From the NCBI RefSeq assembly GCF_009914755.1, contig NC_060928.1: a stretch of DNA of 64,000 nucleotides. The stretch is one strand, 5' to 3'. This DNA comes from the human T2T-CHM13v2.0 reference genome, Homo sapiens. The notes beneath the pieces were generated by a model. That model was not told the DNA's origin. It made no database searches and was given only the letters and a program-made list of their open reading frames with translations. Both the position numbers and the translations under genes were made by a program. Shown in pieces: positions 47,960-64,000 of this stretch (its first letter is position 1; the number at the start of each line of letters is the position of its first letter).

Positions 47960-48600
47960 ATGTGGAGAAACTGGCAGCCTCATCCACTGCTGGTGGGAAT
48001 GTAAAATGGTGCAGCCACTAGGGAAAATAATCTGGCACTTCCTCAAGAAGCTAAACACAGTTATCTTATGACTCACCAATTCCACTCTTAGGTGTGTAAT
48101 CAGGAAAATGAAAACATTTGTCCACACAAAAACTTGTACACAAATGTTCATAATAGTAAAAAAAAAAATTGGAAAACCCAAATGTCCACCAACTGTTGAA
48201 CGGATAAACAAAATCTGCTACATCCATAAAATGGAATACGATTCAGCAATAAAAAATAAAGTACTGATACGTGCTATAAGATGGATGAACTCTGAAAACA
48301 TTCCAAGTGAAAGAAGCCAGTCACAAAGACCATATATTAGTTCATAATTCCACTTACATGAAGTGTACAGAGCAGGCAGAGGCACACGGAAACTAAATTA
48401 GTGTTTGCTGAGCGGGGTGGGGGAATATTTGGAGGTGCTGCTAGTAAGAATGAGGTTTCTTTCTGGAGTGATGAAAATGTTCTAATATTGATTGTGACTG
48501 TTCCACAATTCTGTGCATATACTAAAACCCACTGAATTGTACACTTTAAACCAATTAGTTGTGTGGTATGAGAATTATATCTGAGTAAAACTGTTACAAA
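47960..48600 (+). mobile_element. L1M 3' fragment
   Basis: HCWWECKMVQPL and HTKTCTQMFI L1 ORF2 C-terminal remnants in the ORF track. Confidence 0.85.
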
Positions 48601-49379
48601 AATATAAGGCAACTAATTTTTTCCTTAAAGATAGCTAAAAACAATGTTATTTTTATTCAGCCTCACTCGGGTCTTAATTGGTTGAGCAGGAAAAGGCTCT
48701 AACAGCCCAACCAACTTACAGTATTTAAATCCAGTTCTTACTCTCTGCACACACCTTACAGCCAAAAAGTATTTGCCCTGCACATCCCCCAGGGACCAAT
48801 TTTTCCAAAGTTCCTTGACCATCTATCCTTAGGCCATGTGACTTTTAAGGAACCATAACCAAAAGCTATTAATTCCATTCAGAGAAGATACAAGCATATT
48901 ATAATGGAAAACTGGTGTGAATAAGTAATACCTTAATATGTATCTTCGGCTGTAATCTGGACAAAGTAAACACAAAGGGGAAAAAGAAGCAATCTTGTTA
49001 GGCCTGGATATTTGGAATTATTTTTGTGTGCTATACAAAGAAACGGAAAAGTTGCAAACCCTTCTCTGTTTTCTGTATGCTAAGGATCTCCTTCTCAGAG
49101 ACAAAAACCCACTGGCCCGTTTCCTTCTCTAAGCAAATTGAAATCTCTTCCTCAAACATAAGAGCTTATAACTAAGACATTGTTCTAAGCTCTATCTCCT
49201 GAAAGCTATTCATAATGCCTCATTCCCAACCAAAACCACTTAATTGCCCCTTGTCCCCTGCCCCTATTACTACTGAGGAGCCCCAAGAACCTTACCTTAT
49301 TTCCTTCATTGTGGCAAAGTGTTTCAGAAAAGGGTTCCTTGAATTAAAAGTCGGCGTATCCTATTTGACTCCTGCTCCT

Positions 49380-50540
49380 CCGGTATCACATACCTACAGC
49401 CAACCATGCCAAGAGCTTCCCCATTATCTCCGCATCGGAGAGCTACAAGATAAAGCGCAAGAACACGACACGCATCTCAGTAAATCATATATTTTTGGCC
49501 CGACTCTGTCTTCAACACACCTAAGGCACCGTGTTTTATCCCTCTTCCATACCCTTTCCTCCCGATATCCTCCAGTTTCAGAGACCGCACCCGGAGACCC
49601 ATTGGCAGGTTCCTGGATTCGCCTCAATTTTGGTCCTGCCTCTCTGCTTCGCATTTTCAGGCTTGGCCTCACAAGAAGGACGATGGCGCCAGATTGTGCC
49701 AGAATGGGTGAAAACAGAAGGAAAATAAACCGGTTGCAGCAAAACCCACTATTCCGCCTCCAACGCGGAGGGAGGAGCGGTCAAATGCACGTCTTCAGGC
49801 TCAGGCCCTTCCGATTGGCTGCTGGGACACAACGTGGCCTGTCATTGGCTACGGCACCGGCGCAGGGCCTTCGGAGAGGAAGTGTGGAAGTCCCGCGCCT
49901 CTAAAGCCCGCCTTTCGTGACAAATAAAGGTCGTAGCCGCAGAGTCAACGGGCGGAGCTAAAGTGGTCGTGATTCATGCTGTCGCGGGAACCCCGAAGGT
50001 GGGGCCCCACGTAACAAGAAGATGACCCGAAGTTGCTCCGCAGTGGGCTGCAGCACCCGTGACACCGTGCTCAGCCGGGAGCGCGGCCTCTCCTTCCACC
50101 AGTGCGTATGGGAGCAGCCTCGAAGCCTTCGAACTCCCTGCGGGGCCCGGCGGGCCGTGGCGTGGCGTGGGGCGGGGCCGGGCCGCACTGTGGGTCGCGC
50201 CGCGTGTGTGACGCGACGTGACGTGCGCAGCGTCGGGGCGTGGGAGCGGAATTGGGGCACTGTGAGAATTGAGATTCTCTCTCTTCCCGCCCAGTGTTTA
50301 CCTCTGAATAGCCGGTTCTCGCACCGCCTACCGCTTTAAGGAGAGTTACGCGAAAGGAGTCCTCCATTAATTGGATGGTCTTATTATTTGAAGTGAGGAG
50401 GCCGAAAGGGAAGGCAGTTTAGGACAACGGTTGAAGTGTGTGTGTGGCGTCTTCCTGAGCACGAGTACAGATCAGTTTTCTCCTGTACTGCCTGACATTG
50501 CAAGTTCTTAAGTGCTGTTAGCCGAGCTGTGCAAGGCCGG
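49380..50540. promoter_or_regulatory. Bidirectional CpG-island promoter for THAP9 (+) and THAP9-AS1 (-)
   Basis: CpG-rich; two ATTGG (CCAAT) boxes at 49814 and 49844, 30 bp apart; GC boxes; YY1-like GATGGCG at 49682; divergent exon structures on both sides. Confidence 0.85.
50022..50101 (+). CDS. THAP9: THAP9 exon 1 coding part (80 nt), start of THAP zinc finger
   Basis: MTRSCSAVGCSTRDTVLSRERGLSFH(Q) with C-x4-C; donor CA|gtgcgt. Confidence 0.95.
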
Positions 50541-52468
50541 TCCGATTCTGGCTGGATTTGATCATGGCAGGGAAGTTTCATTTGGCTCGACAGTGGGGAA
50601 GAATTTCAGATCAGTCTTATCTGAACTCATATCCATGGTTCAGACTGGTATAGGTCATTCAGTATTCAGGGTACACTAGCAAGTAGAAAAGTGGGTAAAA
50701 TAGATCCTCACAGACAAAAGGAGCAGATTTATGGAAAGATCAAAAAGAACTTTATGGTTGGAAAGGGGGGGTAGGAAGAGGGTAGTTAGGAATGGCATGG
50801 GAAAATGTAAAGGATAGAAAGTGCAAATATAGAGGAGTGGAAAAGTACCTGAGAAACCATTTTAAAAATGTAAATGCCAGGTTAAGGAGTTTCGAGTATG
50901 TATGGTAGGCTATGTATAAAATTCATTGATTTTTTTTTTTTTTGTTTTCTATTTTTTAAATAGGGCTGATTCCTCCACCTAAATTGTTAGCAGTGTGAAC
51001 CAACTCATTGTGTATGTGAGACCATAATTGATTTGGGATTTTTCTTGTGATAGAGGTAGTTTTAAACTAGGGAGACATGAATTCCAATTTTAATTGAGTA
51101 TTTACTGATGTCTGTACTTGGCTCTGGGTCTTGGTTTCTTCTTCTGTAAGAGGAATAAAAACCTGCCTTGTAGAATTTTGTAAAACTAAAACGTAAGACT
51201 TTATAGCATATGTAACGCACAAGGTAAATGCTTTAAAAATGGTATTATTACCAAATTAATTTTTTCCAGAACTCAAAACTAGTTATGCTAGTTAGATTAC
51301 AATATTTCCCAACATTTTCCTTCTTTTTTTTTTTTTTTTTTTTTGGAGACGGGGTCTCACTTTGTCGCCCAGGCTGGAGAGCAGTGGCACTATCACAGCT
51401 CAGCGCAGCCTCTATCTCCCAGGCTCAAGTGATCCTCCCACCTCAGCCTCATGAGACTACAGGCACAGACCACCATCCCGGCTTTTTTTTTTTTTTGGTA
51501 GAGATGAGGTCTCAGTGTGTTGCCCAGGTTGGTCTCCAACTTCTTGGCTGGGATTACAGGCATGAGCCACCCTGCCCAGCCCCAGCCTTTTTCATAGCAT
51601 TTTACGCATAGGAAATAATTGTTCAATACTTTGGGGCAAACCTACAGCACTGTTTGGGGCTGCCTTCAAGTAACTACTCAGGTGTCCCAGCCCACCCCAT
51701 GGACTAAGAATATCAACAGCTGTACTCACTAGGCATACCTGTTGGGAAGCTTTGCATCAGAGGACCACGCTAGTAATAGAAGTTGTTGGACCAGCCAACT
51801 TTTGAGGGTTCCTTGCACGTTTAGAGACTATACCCAATCTGTGGAAAAGCTCCCTTGCAAAATATGTTCCATGAGTTAGAAAAGAACTCAGTGAAAAAAG
51901 ATAGATTTGCCCCAACTTTATTGGAAAAAGAATTCCCTGTTCATTTGCCCTTGATCAAGTATCATCATCTTCTTAGAACAATAAAATTATAATCCCAGAA
52001 ATGGAATTAGTTGTTCTTAGGAAAGATCGAACTTTGGATAGTACTTTACAGTTTACAAAGTGATTTTGAATACATTTGTAGCCTCATACACTCTTACTAC
52101 AGCCCTGTGAGGAAGTTCTAAGATTGAGAGATGTGTCTAATACCATATAGCTGGTAGAAGGTCACTGAAGCTTAAATACAGGTTTTCCAATTCAGAGTTC
52201 TTTCTCAAGGTGATTTAGAGAGCATATCAGAATTATGTTTTACCATGCTGCTATATTTTTGTAGCATTTAGCTGAGAAATAAAATTTATACCAATCTCAG
52301 TTCTAGTAACTATGTGTTTTAAAGTCTAAATTAAAATACACAAAAAGCATAGTTACCTATAAGTCTGTCTCTAAGATAACGTCAAAGAAGAAGGGGCAGA
52401 AAGAGTAGTTTTGTGCTTTTTATTGTGTTAATTTCACAAGTTTCTTTTTCTTTTCTTTTTTGAGATGA

Positions 52469-52750
<282 letters not shown>

Positions 52751-52854
52751 TAAACATAATTTGGCTTGGATTGAAAAATAAATAAATGCAAGGTAATTTT
52801 TATAATCAAGGCTAGGAAAAAGTAGTGCCTTTAAACATGAAAAAACAATATAGT

Positions 52855-53270
52855 AAATATACTTGTCTTGTTTTCTACTGCTGCATAACAAGTTACCTCA
52901 AAATTCAGTATAAACATTTTTATCTCACACATTTCTGAGGGTCAGGAATTCAGGAGTGTAGCTCGATGTTACAGTATCTCATAAGATTGCACTCATCTGA
53001 AGGCTGAAGTCACCTGCTTTCAAAAAGACTAACTCAACATGGCCTTTGACTGGAGGCCTCAGTTCCTCACCAACTAGTTTTCTCCACAGGACTGCTTTAT
53101 AACATGCCAGATACCTTACCACAGAGCAAACCATTCTCTACAGAGAGCAAGGAGGAAAGCTTGTTCCTTTATGACGTAGTCTGTGGTCACTTACTGTCAC
53201 ATGTTCTTTTTCCATTCCTTAGCAAATCACTAACTCTAGCCCATACTCACTCAAGGGGAGGGGAATTAGG
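52855..53270. mobile_element. MLT1-like (MaLR) LTR remnant
   Basis: CTGCATAACAA...TCTCACACATTTCTGAGGGTCAGGAATTCAGGAG motif. Confidence 0.6.
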
Positions 53271-53448
53271 CTCCCCCTTTTTTTTTTTTTTTTTTTTTTG
53301 TTACGGAGTTTCACTCTTGTTGCCCAGGCTGGAGTGTAATGGTGCGATCTCGGCTCACTGCAGCCTCCACCTCCGGATTCAAGAGATTCTCCTGCCTCAG
53401 CCTCCCCAGTAGCTGGGATTACAGGCACCCGCCACCACGCCCGGCTAA

Positions 53449-53592
<144 letters not shown>

Positions 53593-53953
53593 TAAAAGGA
53601 AGAGTACCAAATAGTTTAAAATCACTACAGGAAAGGAAAAGATGCATATATTCTTTAACCATTTAAATTTGAGCAAATTCTATTAAGTGTAGGAAGTGAA
53701 GACAAAATATAGTAGGATTTTTAATATGGGAATTGCCCCTCTATGATTGACAAAGAAAAATCAGATATTGAACCTTTGGATTAAAAAAAATCAAAGAACT
53801 TTGAAAAATGAACTAAGTAAATTAAACTTTTAATTCACTTGGCTTTATGTTTCTATAAAGCAGTAAAATAATAGATGGGTTTATATAATAAATACTACTG
53901 TAATAGTACTATAATGTTTTCATGTTAATGGAACTTTAATGTGATTGTCATAG

Positions 53954-54149
53954 ATTTCCAACTGATACCATACAGCGCTCAAAATGGATCAGGGCTGTTA
54001 ATCGTGTGGACCCCAGAAGCAAAAAGATTTGGATTCCAGGACCAGGTGCTATACTGTGTTCCAAACATTTTCAAGAAAGTGACTTTGAGTCATATGGCAT
54101 AAGAAGAAAGCTGAAAAAAGGAGCTGTGCCTTCTGTTTCTCTATACAAG
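53954..54149 (+). CDS. THAP9: THAP9 exon 2 (196 nt), rest of THAP C2CH domain
   Basis: catag|A acceptor, AAG|gtattt donor; FPTDTIQRSKWIRAV...ILCSKHF...LKKGAVPSVSLYK (FP, W, C-x2-HF, AVP box). Confidence 0.96.
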
Positions 54150-55543
54150 GTATTTAAATGTAGGTGTAAGTCAACAAAATGAAAATTTACAGAGCCTTTA
54201 AAAATCAAGATAGCCCCCATTATAGCTAGAATTTGCAGACAAAAAAACCCAAGTCTTAAATCCAGTAATAGATTTTAAATGCTTTGAAAATTTAAAAAAA
54301 AAATTATATATATTAGCATTTGTTCTGGAGCTTTTAAAAAACTATATAAATGCAAATCATTTGTCTAGATATATATAAAGGTTACTAACCAATTGCAAAA
54401 ATCAACTGGTAGATATAAATAGCCTTAGAATACAGGCTTTTGTTAAGTATGAGACAGCTTTCATAGTACTTTGAAATTATCTATGTTTTTTGGTTCCTCC
54501 TAATAATGTTATTTATCTTGATCAAAAATATACCTAATTATTAACATTGATACAGGAAGTATGTGGGAAATAATGAAACTTTCTATGAGTGAGTCACCAG
54601 TATTGGTATGATATTCTTCTGTTTCCTATGACTGTTTTTATTTTATCCTTTTACCCCTTAACCACAACTCTGACACATGGGCTTTCACTTTCTGCACAGT
54701 CTGTGATAGTCACCTAACTGTTCTATTCTGACACTAGCCTTACTTTCCTCTTAATCGTCAGAGTCTCCTTCTTCCAGTATTGGTTTATCTCATTCCCCTA
54801 TTCGGAAGTATTTAGTTGGTGTCAAATTCAAACTCACCAAGTCCCAAGAGCTTCCTATTAACTGATTTGTACATTTTTAACTGTCCTGAATTATCTTTTC
54901 AAACCATATATACTTACTATATATGTGATAAATTTGCTTGCTTTCATACTTTTGTGTAAAATCAATAATGGCTGCCATGTGTTGAGAGCTACAATGGTCC
55001 AGGCATTGTACTAGGAGATTTACATAAATTCTTATATTGTATCTTCAAAAGAATCCTGTATTATTATCCACATTTTACAGATGAGGACACAAGGGATTGT
55101 AGAGCTTATGTGACAGCTAATTGAGGGAGCTAAGATTCAAACCCAGGTCAGTCTTAATTCCAAAGCCATGCACTGTCCACTATGCCTTCTTTTTTGCACA
55201 AATAACTTCTCTGTCACCTTCATTAACCATGTTATTGTACCTTCTAAGAACTGCTTAAAACTCACTTCCATGAAGCCATCCCAGTTTACTACCACCTTTC
55301 TCTAGTTACTTTATTTCAGAAACTTTCAACATCATATTAATATTTCTGTGTAGTGCAAAAAAAAAAAGCCTGTTTATATTACCCTATAAACTATACATTA
55401 AAACATTCAGAGATTATGACCTTTTCTTTCCTAACTAACTCTCCACAGCAACCAGATTAGTGCTTTGTATTTAGGGTATTTTTACAGATACTCTTCTATG
55501 TGATTATTTCTAAAATAACTTTAATTTTATATATCTGTCATAG

Positions 55544-55847
55544 ATTCCTCAAGGTGTACATCTTAAAGGTAAAGCAAGACAAAAAATCCTAAAACAACCT
55601 CTTCCAGACAATTCTCAAGAAGTTGCTACTGAGGACCATAACTATAGTTTAAAGACACCTTTGACGATAGGTGCAGAGAAACTGGCTGAGGTGCAACAAA
55701 TGTTACAAGTGTCCAAAAAAAGACTTATCTCCGTAAAGAACTACAGGATGATCAAGAAGAGAAAGGGTTTACGATTAATTGATGCACTTGTAGAAGAGAA
55801 ACTACTTTCTGAAGAAACAGAGTGTCTGCTACGAGCTCAATTTTCAG
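55544..55847 (+). CDS. THAP9: THAP9 exon 3 (304 nt), linker and coiled-coil region
   Basis: catag|ATT acceptor, CAG|gtactt donor; IPQGVHLKGK...EDHNYSL...LLRAQFS; DHNY fits the HCF-1-binding motif D/E-H-x-Y. Confidence 0.94.
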
Positions 55848-57003
55848 GTACTTCCCCCTAGTAACCTGTAGTATTTACAAAAATAGCTATTTTTCTGAGG
55901 TACCATTAAGTATTTATTTTGTTCTTGCCTATGAAAACATGCTTTCAGTTGGGAAGTGAAAGTCTCAGTAGCTTAAGAAGAATGAAAATTAATCACCAAA
56001 ATTCTTTTGTATCTTATGGTTTTCCAGTTATAAAAGTAACATTTATTATAGGAAAAGCAAAGAAATATTTAAGTAATTAAAATAATGTTAATCCCACTAC
56101 CCAGAGATGAAACCATATGGTTTATACCATTTTCTGTTCTGCACTTATCACTTTTTGTAGTAGCTCTTACCCATTTGCTACTGCAAATTCATTATAAACA
56201 GTTTTAACTGCTACATAATTTTACCAAAGTCTTTTTGCAGTAGAGTTGTACTAGTTTGCAGAATTTCTTTGAGCTTGGAAATTGTGTATCTCCACATTTT
56301 TTTCTAAAATATTCTATAGAGTAGACTATAAACCCATGGAAAGGCTACCTAGTCCTCTTTAGAGTGAACTAAGATCTTTGAAGAAGGGCAAAATAAAAAT
56401 TGCCAACTTGTTCTTTGATGAAAGCAGCAGAGATTTGGATTTACATTCTAGGAAAAGAGAAATGTGTCCTCTTTTTAGAAAAGAGTAGCTATCTCCAAAG
56501 GAGATGAATATTTTATGTTTTTCCAAGAGGGGACTAGAGGTCATAAATAGGAATCCCCACCAGGAACAGAATTTTTTTTTTTCTCTTGATATTAGGCAAG
56601 ATGGTCTGTTCAGTCTGAATAGTACCCTATCCCCAGAAATGTTTTTCATATCTAATTTTCACCCTCAGATAAATAGTAAGCAGGGAACAAAATAAAATAA
56701 ATGTCCTCATTTTATTTTCTTTTCAGTTCCTCTAAAAATCTCTCCTCTCAGGCTGCCACTGAACAGTAAAACATAATTCAAGTTGAAAATTTTTTCTTCC
56801 CTCTAGTGAAATGATTCCAGATGAACCGAATAAATTGGTCAAGGGGTCCTAAGTGGATATTAACCTCTGAATAGACTTAATCAAAATGCAACTATATTTG
56901 TATTTGAATTCTGATGCCCAGTGCATTTTATATCCAAATGCTATAATCTGTACCTGAAAATTTTACTATTCATCACAAAGAATAAAAAAATTTATTTTAA
57001 CAG

Positions 57004-57154
57004 ATTTTAAGTGGGAGTTATATAATTGGAGAGAAACAGATGAGTACTCCGCAGAAATGAAACAATTTGCATGTACACTCTACTTGTGCAGTAGCAAAGT
57101 CTATGATTATGTAAGAAAGATTCTTAAGCTGCCTCATTCTTCCATCCTCAGAAC
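57004..57154 (+). CDS. THAP9: THAP9 exon 4 (151 nt), start of P-element transposase homology; catalytic exon lies beyond the window
   Basis: aacag|ATT acceptor, AAC|gtaagt donor; DFKWELYNWRETDEYSAEMKQFACTLYLCSSKVYDYVRKILKLPHSSILRT. Confidence 0.94.
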
Positions 57155-57811
57155 GTAAGTGAATTATTTTTTTATTTTTTAAAAGTGACTTTCTTGTCAG
57201 GACATCTTGTTGATTGCATGTTAATTACTCTTTAGATGTTAAACCATATTATTCTTTTGTTGCATTTTACTTATTAAGGCTATTAGTACTCATACTCCCA
57301 TTTAAAAAAGAAAAAATGGACTAATGAAAAAATGGACTCCCATTATTAGCCCATTTTTGTTCTTCAAAAACTTCTAGGTAGTATTTGCCAATTATCACAA
57401 CAGCAATATTTTCACCAACAAAATGAAGACACATAGTATGACAAGTTTTTTGCATCTCCCAGACACTCTGGGTGGATAAAATTTGAATCCTGAAATATTG
57501 GAATTTCTAGTATACTTCAGTAGTTTAATATCTGACGATCCTGGAAAATCTAGAACAGTTCTGGATTGATCGCCATTGGTCTTAGGCAAAGCACAAAAAA
57601 ATCTGCGTTTTTCATAAGCACTGCAGTTGATGCCAATTAGGTTGTCCAGGAAACAGATTTTGATAAATAATTTTTTAGGATTTGTGATTAAAATGGATAG
57701 ATATAATTCTCTTAGTGTGCAGCAAATAACAATGATTTTCTAGTAATGTCTTATAAATTTAATACTGAATTCTTAATTTTTACTGTTTTTACCACTAGTT
57801 TTACAGATTCC

Positions 57812-58421
<610 letters not shown>

Positions 58422-58639
58422 CAGATTCCTTTATAAAAAATTGTAGATTTTCCTCTATACACACTATTACAATAATACTACCAATAAAAGATTTAAAAAT
58501 AATTGACCTTCAGAGTGGGCTGCTCTTCTAATTGACCTTCAGAGGGCTGCTCTTCTAAAAAAATTTAAAGAGGAAAAATTTATTATTCCCATACATTATA
58601 TATAAATAATTACTGTTAACATTTAGAGTATTTCCTTCC

Positions 58640-58657
58640 TGTGTGTGTGTGTGTGTG
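58640..58657. repeat. (TG)n microsatellite
   Basis: Read directly. Confidence 0.9.
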
Positions 58658-59879
58658 CACTTAGATTTATTAGTGTTTACATAGTTATGATCTTTTGTAA
58701 ATAAATTTCCAACCAGCCTTTTATTACTTTATTATGTATGCCTTTTATCTGTAACGTTATTTTGAACTCTTTATAGACAAGTTTTAATAGCTGCATGATA
58801 TCAGGTAGTCCTACCCTACTTAACTCTGACATTCTCCAGCTATTGGACATTTCTATTGTTTACATTTTGGGGTTATAATTGTTTTTTCATATATTTTGAT
58901 GAACATTTGTATATAAGGCTTACTCTTTCATAATGTGATTTTACCATTCAAGCTAGATATTATACTTATTTATAAATATTCACTTTTTGCTAAGCAAGAG
59001 AGTTTTATAGGTACTGTGTTGATAATTTCTCCTCCTATACCTTTTTGGTTTTTTGTTTTCTGATGGTTGTACATATTCTGGGGGTACATGTGATATTTTG
59101 ATGCATATATATAATTTGTAATGATCAAATCAGGGTAATTAAAATATCCATCATTTATAAATCCAAACATTTATCTTTTCTTTGTGTTGAGAAGCATATA
59201 CCTTTTTAATCTCTTCACTGGTTTTAAAGCATTACTTAATGGTATTTCACTATGGTTTATATAAGAGATTTCAGGTAACTTCTTATCTTTTCTTTTTCAT
59301 GGTTTTCTTCATTTCCCATAGTTCTGCGTCAACTCCTAGATTAAATCTTCCTGGTAATTCCAGCGCACATTTATCTTTTCTCTCTTCATGTCATTTTGCA
59401 TTTTGTGACCTTTGCTGTAACATTATATATTTAGATTTATAATTCCAGTACTTAAACAGTTGCTCATTTCTTTAGGTACTTTGCCTATAAGTAAGGTATA
59501 TTGTTTAGTATGATAGTAATATATGTTTGTTATAAAACATTCAAACAGTATATAAGTACATAAATACCAGAAAGTGAAAAACACAGTACTTCGCTTCCCC
59601 TAATCCCACAAAATAACTACAGTTAGCAGTTTTGTGTATATCCTCCAAGTTAAATAAAAAAAAAACCTATTTACCTACCAATAAAATTTTGTTTTAGTGT
59701 TCTGTTATATTAATGGTATATAGAGCCTCCGTTTATTTTCTTATATTAATGTAAGATTATATTATATTAATATAAGATTCTTATATTAATGGTATATACG
59801 TTTCCATTTATTTTCCCATATAAAAAGTGATGTTTTTAACACAGTTATCTTAAGTATTAGATCTTTATAATCATTATAT

Positions 59880-60260
59880 TTAATATTTATTCAATAAATA
59901 TTTATTGATCAGGAGCGGCCAGTGAGGCAGGAGGAAAACCAGGAGATTGTGATGGCCTGGAAGCCAAGTGTAGAAAGTATTTCAAGGAGGGAGTAGTCCA
60001 CTATGTCAAATGCTGCTGGGAGATCAGGTAAGATGAGGACAGAGAATTGACCATTGGATTTTGCAAGATGAAGGTCATTGATGACCATGACAAAAGCAGT
60101 TATAGTAGAGTGGTGGAGAGGTAAACCTGGCTGGAGTGGGATTAAGAGAGACTAAAGGTGAAGAAGCAGAGAAAATGATTGTGGGCTCTTCCATGGAGTT
60201 TTGCTATGAAGTAGAGCAGAGAAGGGTCTGTAGGTAGAAAGGAACATGCATTGAGGGGAG
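59880..60260. mobile_element. L2 fragment
   Basis: GAAAACCAGGAGA..GAAGCCAAGTG..GGTAAGATGAGGAC..TTGACCATTGGATTT L2-type motifs. Confidence 0.7.
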
Positions 60261-60620
60261 GGTGTTTGTTGAGATGGCAGATGTCCCAGCGTGTTCGCAT
60301 GTTTATGGCAATGATCCAAGAGAGAAAAGAAAATTGGCGATGTATAAGAGAAATGATAATTGCAGGAGGATGACATCCAACACTACTGTGGAAGGAAGTA
60401 TGACCTTAAGGTATTGGGACAGTTCATCCATTGAAACAGGAAGAAAGGCCAGAAGTACAGATAAAATAGGTTAACAGATTTGGTAGTAGGAAAATGAGTT
60501 TTGTCTTTTAAAAAGATGGGGGTCTCGGCTGGGCACAGTGACTCATGCCTGTAATCCCAGCACTTGGGGAGGCTGTGGAGGACGGACCACGAGGTCAGGA
60601 GATTGAGACCACCCTGGCTA

Positions 60621-60881
<261 letters not shown>

Positions 60882-62779
60882 TCAGCCTCCCTGAGTAGCT
60901 AGAACTACAGACATGCACCACCACACTCAGCAGGAAAATGAGTTTTTATTGCATTGCTTCTGTTTTCTCAAAGTTATTAACTGAGAGTTGAGGAGGAAGG
61001 CATTAGATTTGGGAAGAAAGGAGAAAATGTGACCAGTCACCTACCAGGAAAAGTAAGTAACTAGAAAAATGCAGTACCAGATTTGTGGTCAAAACTGTTG
61101 TCTTTCCCTCCATAATGATGGAGAAACAATTAGATGGTTAACAATTAGACGATGACAGACCAAACTAGACTTAAATTTTTTTAAAACCCTTGGTTTGGTT
61201 AGATAGGGTGCCTCATGAATTTCTAATTGTCTATATCTTTCTCTAGTCTTAGCTACATCAGATATTTCTCTAATTTTCTCTTTACTGATGTTGGATCCTT
61301 TTTCAGTTCTCCCTGGATTCTTTATGTCCAAAACTTTCCCAAAGCTGTGTTTTTTACAATTTTCAGTGTTTGGGGTCTTTAAAGTAATTTATTTTCACAA
61401 ATCCTTTGAAATTAAGTCTTAATATCCTTAACTTTCCTTGTTATAATAGTGATATATTTAGTGTGATCTTGGTCATAGATAGAAAATGCTGGCACAGTTG
61501 CTCTTTATTTATATTTCCTCTGTTTCTAATTTTTGGTTTATATTCACTGCAGTTTAGTAAACCAACTCCCTCTATAGGTTACCTGCTGTGAGAGAATCAA
61601 AAGTAACAACAGTGGGAGTAGCTAAAAGTCTTAACAGAAAAACATTTAGCACTGTAGATCTCTAGGACTATATTTTTCCCAGGCAGAATTTTAGGCCACC
61701 CAAGTGACTCCCTATAATCATTCCATAACTAAGTTATTGTATATTGGTTTGTTAATTTAAAATATCGTGTTGATGAGAGTATAAATGAAAATTGCTTTGA
61801 ACTTTCGCAAGGACAGTTTGGGAATATGAATTGTAAATTGTGTAAATATGAATTGCACAATTATGTGCAGCTGAAATCCTAAATTTGTCTTTAATTTCTT
61901 ATAAAATATAAGTAAGTTTACCTTGGAATGTTATTCCTAGGAATTACAAAATGACATAAATATGTATATGTGTATGGGTGCACATGCGTGCATATACACA
62001 TTGTGGTACTGTTATCTAAAAATTTGAAATTATCAAGATGTCCTTCGATTTGAGTTGGTTTTCATTTAACTATACTGTGATATATACTGTGTACACATTT
62101 AAAATGTTGCTGTAGGTTGATACTTAAGGGCGTGTAAAAATATGTGAAACATTAATTACCATTAAGTGAAAAATAGATTCAGTATACAATTTTGAAAATT
62201 ATATCTAGGTATGTATACATAAAGACATTAACAGTAACTTTTACTTCTTTATACTTTTTGTATTGTTTTTTTAAAAAGAATGTGTCTTTTTTTATGATCA
62301 TAAGAAAATTTTTTTATTTTCAGAGACGAAAAGAGATTTAAAGGAGAAATTGTCTCCTTCCTTACCATTCTAACTCATGAACTTGGTTTGGATATGCCTA
62401 CTCTTTCTTATAAAAACTTTAAAAAATAAATCAACAAATCCACGTACCATTCTGCTTCATGTTCATGACATTGTTCTAGTAGCTGTAGATATTCAGATAC
62501 CATTGAGATTTCCATTTAAAAATCAAACTCAGCAGAACATAAGTTGGTTGTTTTTTTAACCCCATTTAAAATAAAATTACATAGGGACATTAAGTGCTTT
62601 GTTATATATGTACCACATATGCAACACAGTTAGCATCCTTGGTGCTCATTTGAGAATCCTAATGTAAAAAAAAATTTTTAAACAATTAAAATTGGATGAC
62701 ACACTTGGAAAGAGCTTTCAACATTCTAGTGTGCTGTAGCACTGCTATACTGTTGAGTCATTGTCTTACTGTTTTTTCC

Positions 62780-64000
<1,221 letters not shown>

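Noticed and set aside
49215-49904. 229-aa plus-strand ORF upstream of THAP9
   Set aside because: Spans the promoter and is antisense to lncRNA exons; no recognisable domain; starts upstream of the likely plus-strand TSS
53946-55546. Identical TGTCATAG|ATT acceptors for THAP9 exons 2 and 3
   Set aside because: Short match that partly overlaps the splice consensus; no further homology between the exons
57395-57589. 64-aa minus-strand ORF with hydrophobic C-terminus
   Set aside because: Non-ATG start, no homology I can recognise, no supporting splice or promoter context
59700-59815. Repeated TTATATTAAT units resembling a spaced array
   Set aside because: Low-complexity AT-rich slippage repeats with irregular spacing; not a CRISPR-like structure

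Overview
Human-like (primate) genomic DNA, AT-rich, with about 50 Alu copies. I recognise it as the SEC31A / THAP9-AS1 / THAP9 locus. The minus strand carries SEC31A: a CpG-island exon 1 near 40.3-40.5 kb and 18 coding exons (exons 2-19, 31186 down to 712; 2328 nt, 776 codons, all GT-AG and in phase). The gene continues beyond the left edge. A second CpG island at about 49.4-50.5 kb is a bidirectional promoter. It drives THAP9 on the plus strand (domesticated P-element transposase; coding exons 1-4 present, catalytic exon outside the window) and a spliced non-coding transcript on the minus strand (THAP9-AS1). Two introns of that transcript each hold a paralogous box C/D snoRNA with non-canonical boxes and an identical 28S rRNA guide (probably SNORD143 and SNORD144). 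Its 3' part contains a near full-length decayed HSMAR2 mariner element. Most long ORFs in the supplied track are Alu, L1 or GC-rich artefacts. The best second-look items are the snoRNA pair, a SEC31A uORF that can become an alternative N-terminus, a recursive-splice-like exon 12, and inverted Alus flanking exons 5-7. I found no convincing wholly new system. Gene and family names come from recall, not from a database search.
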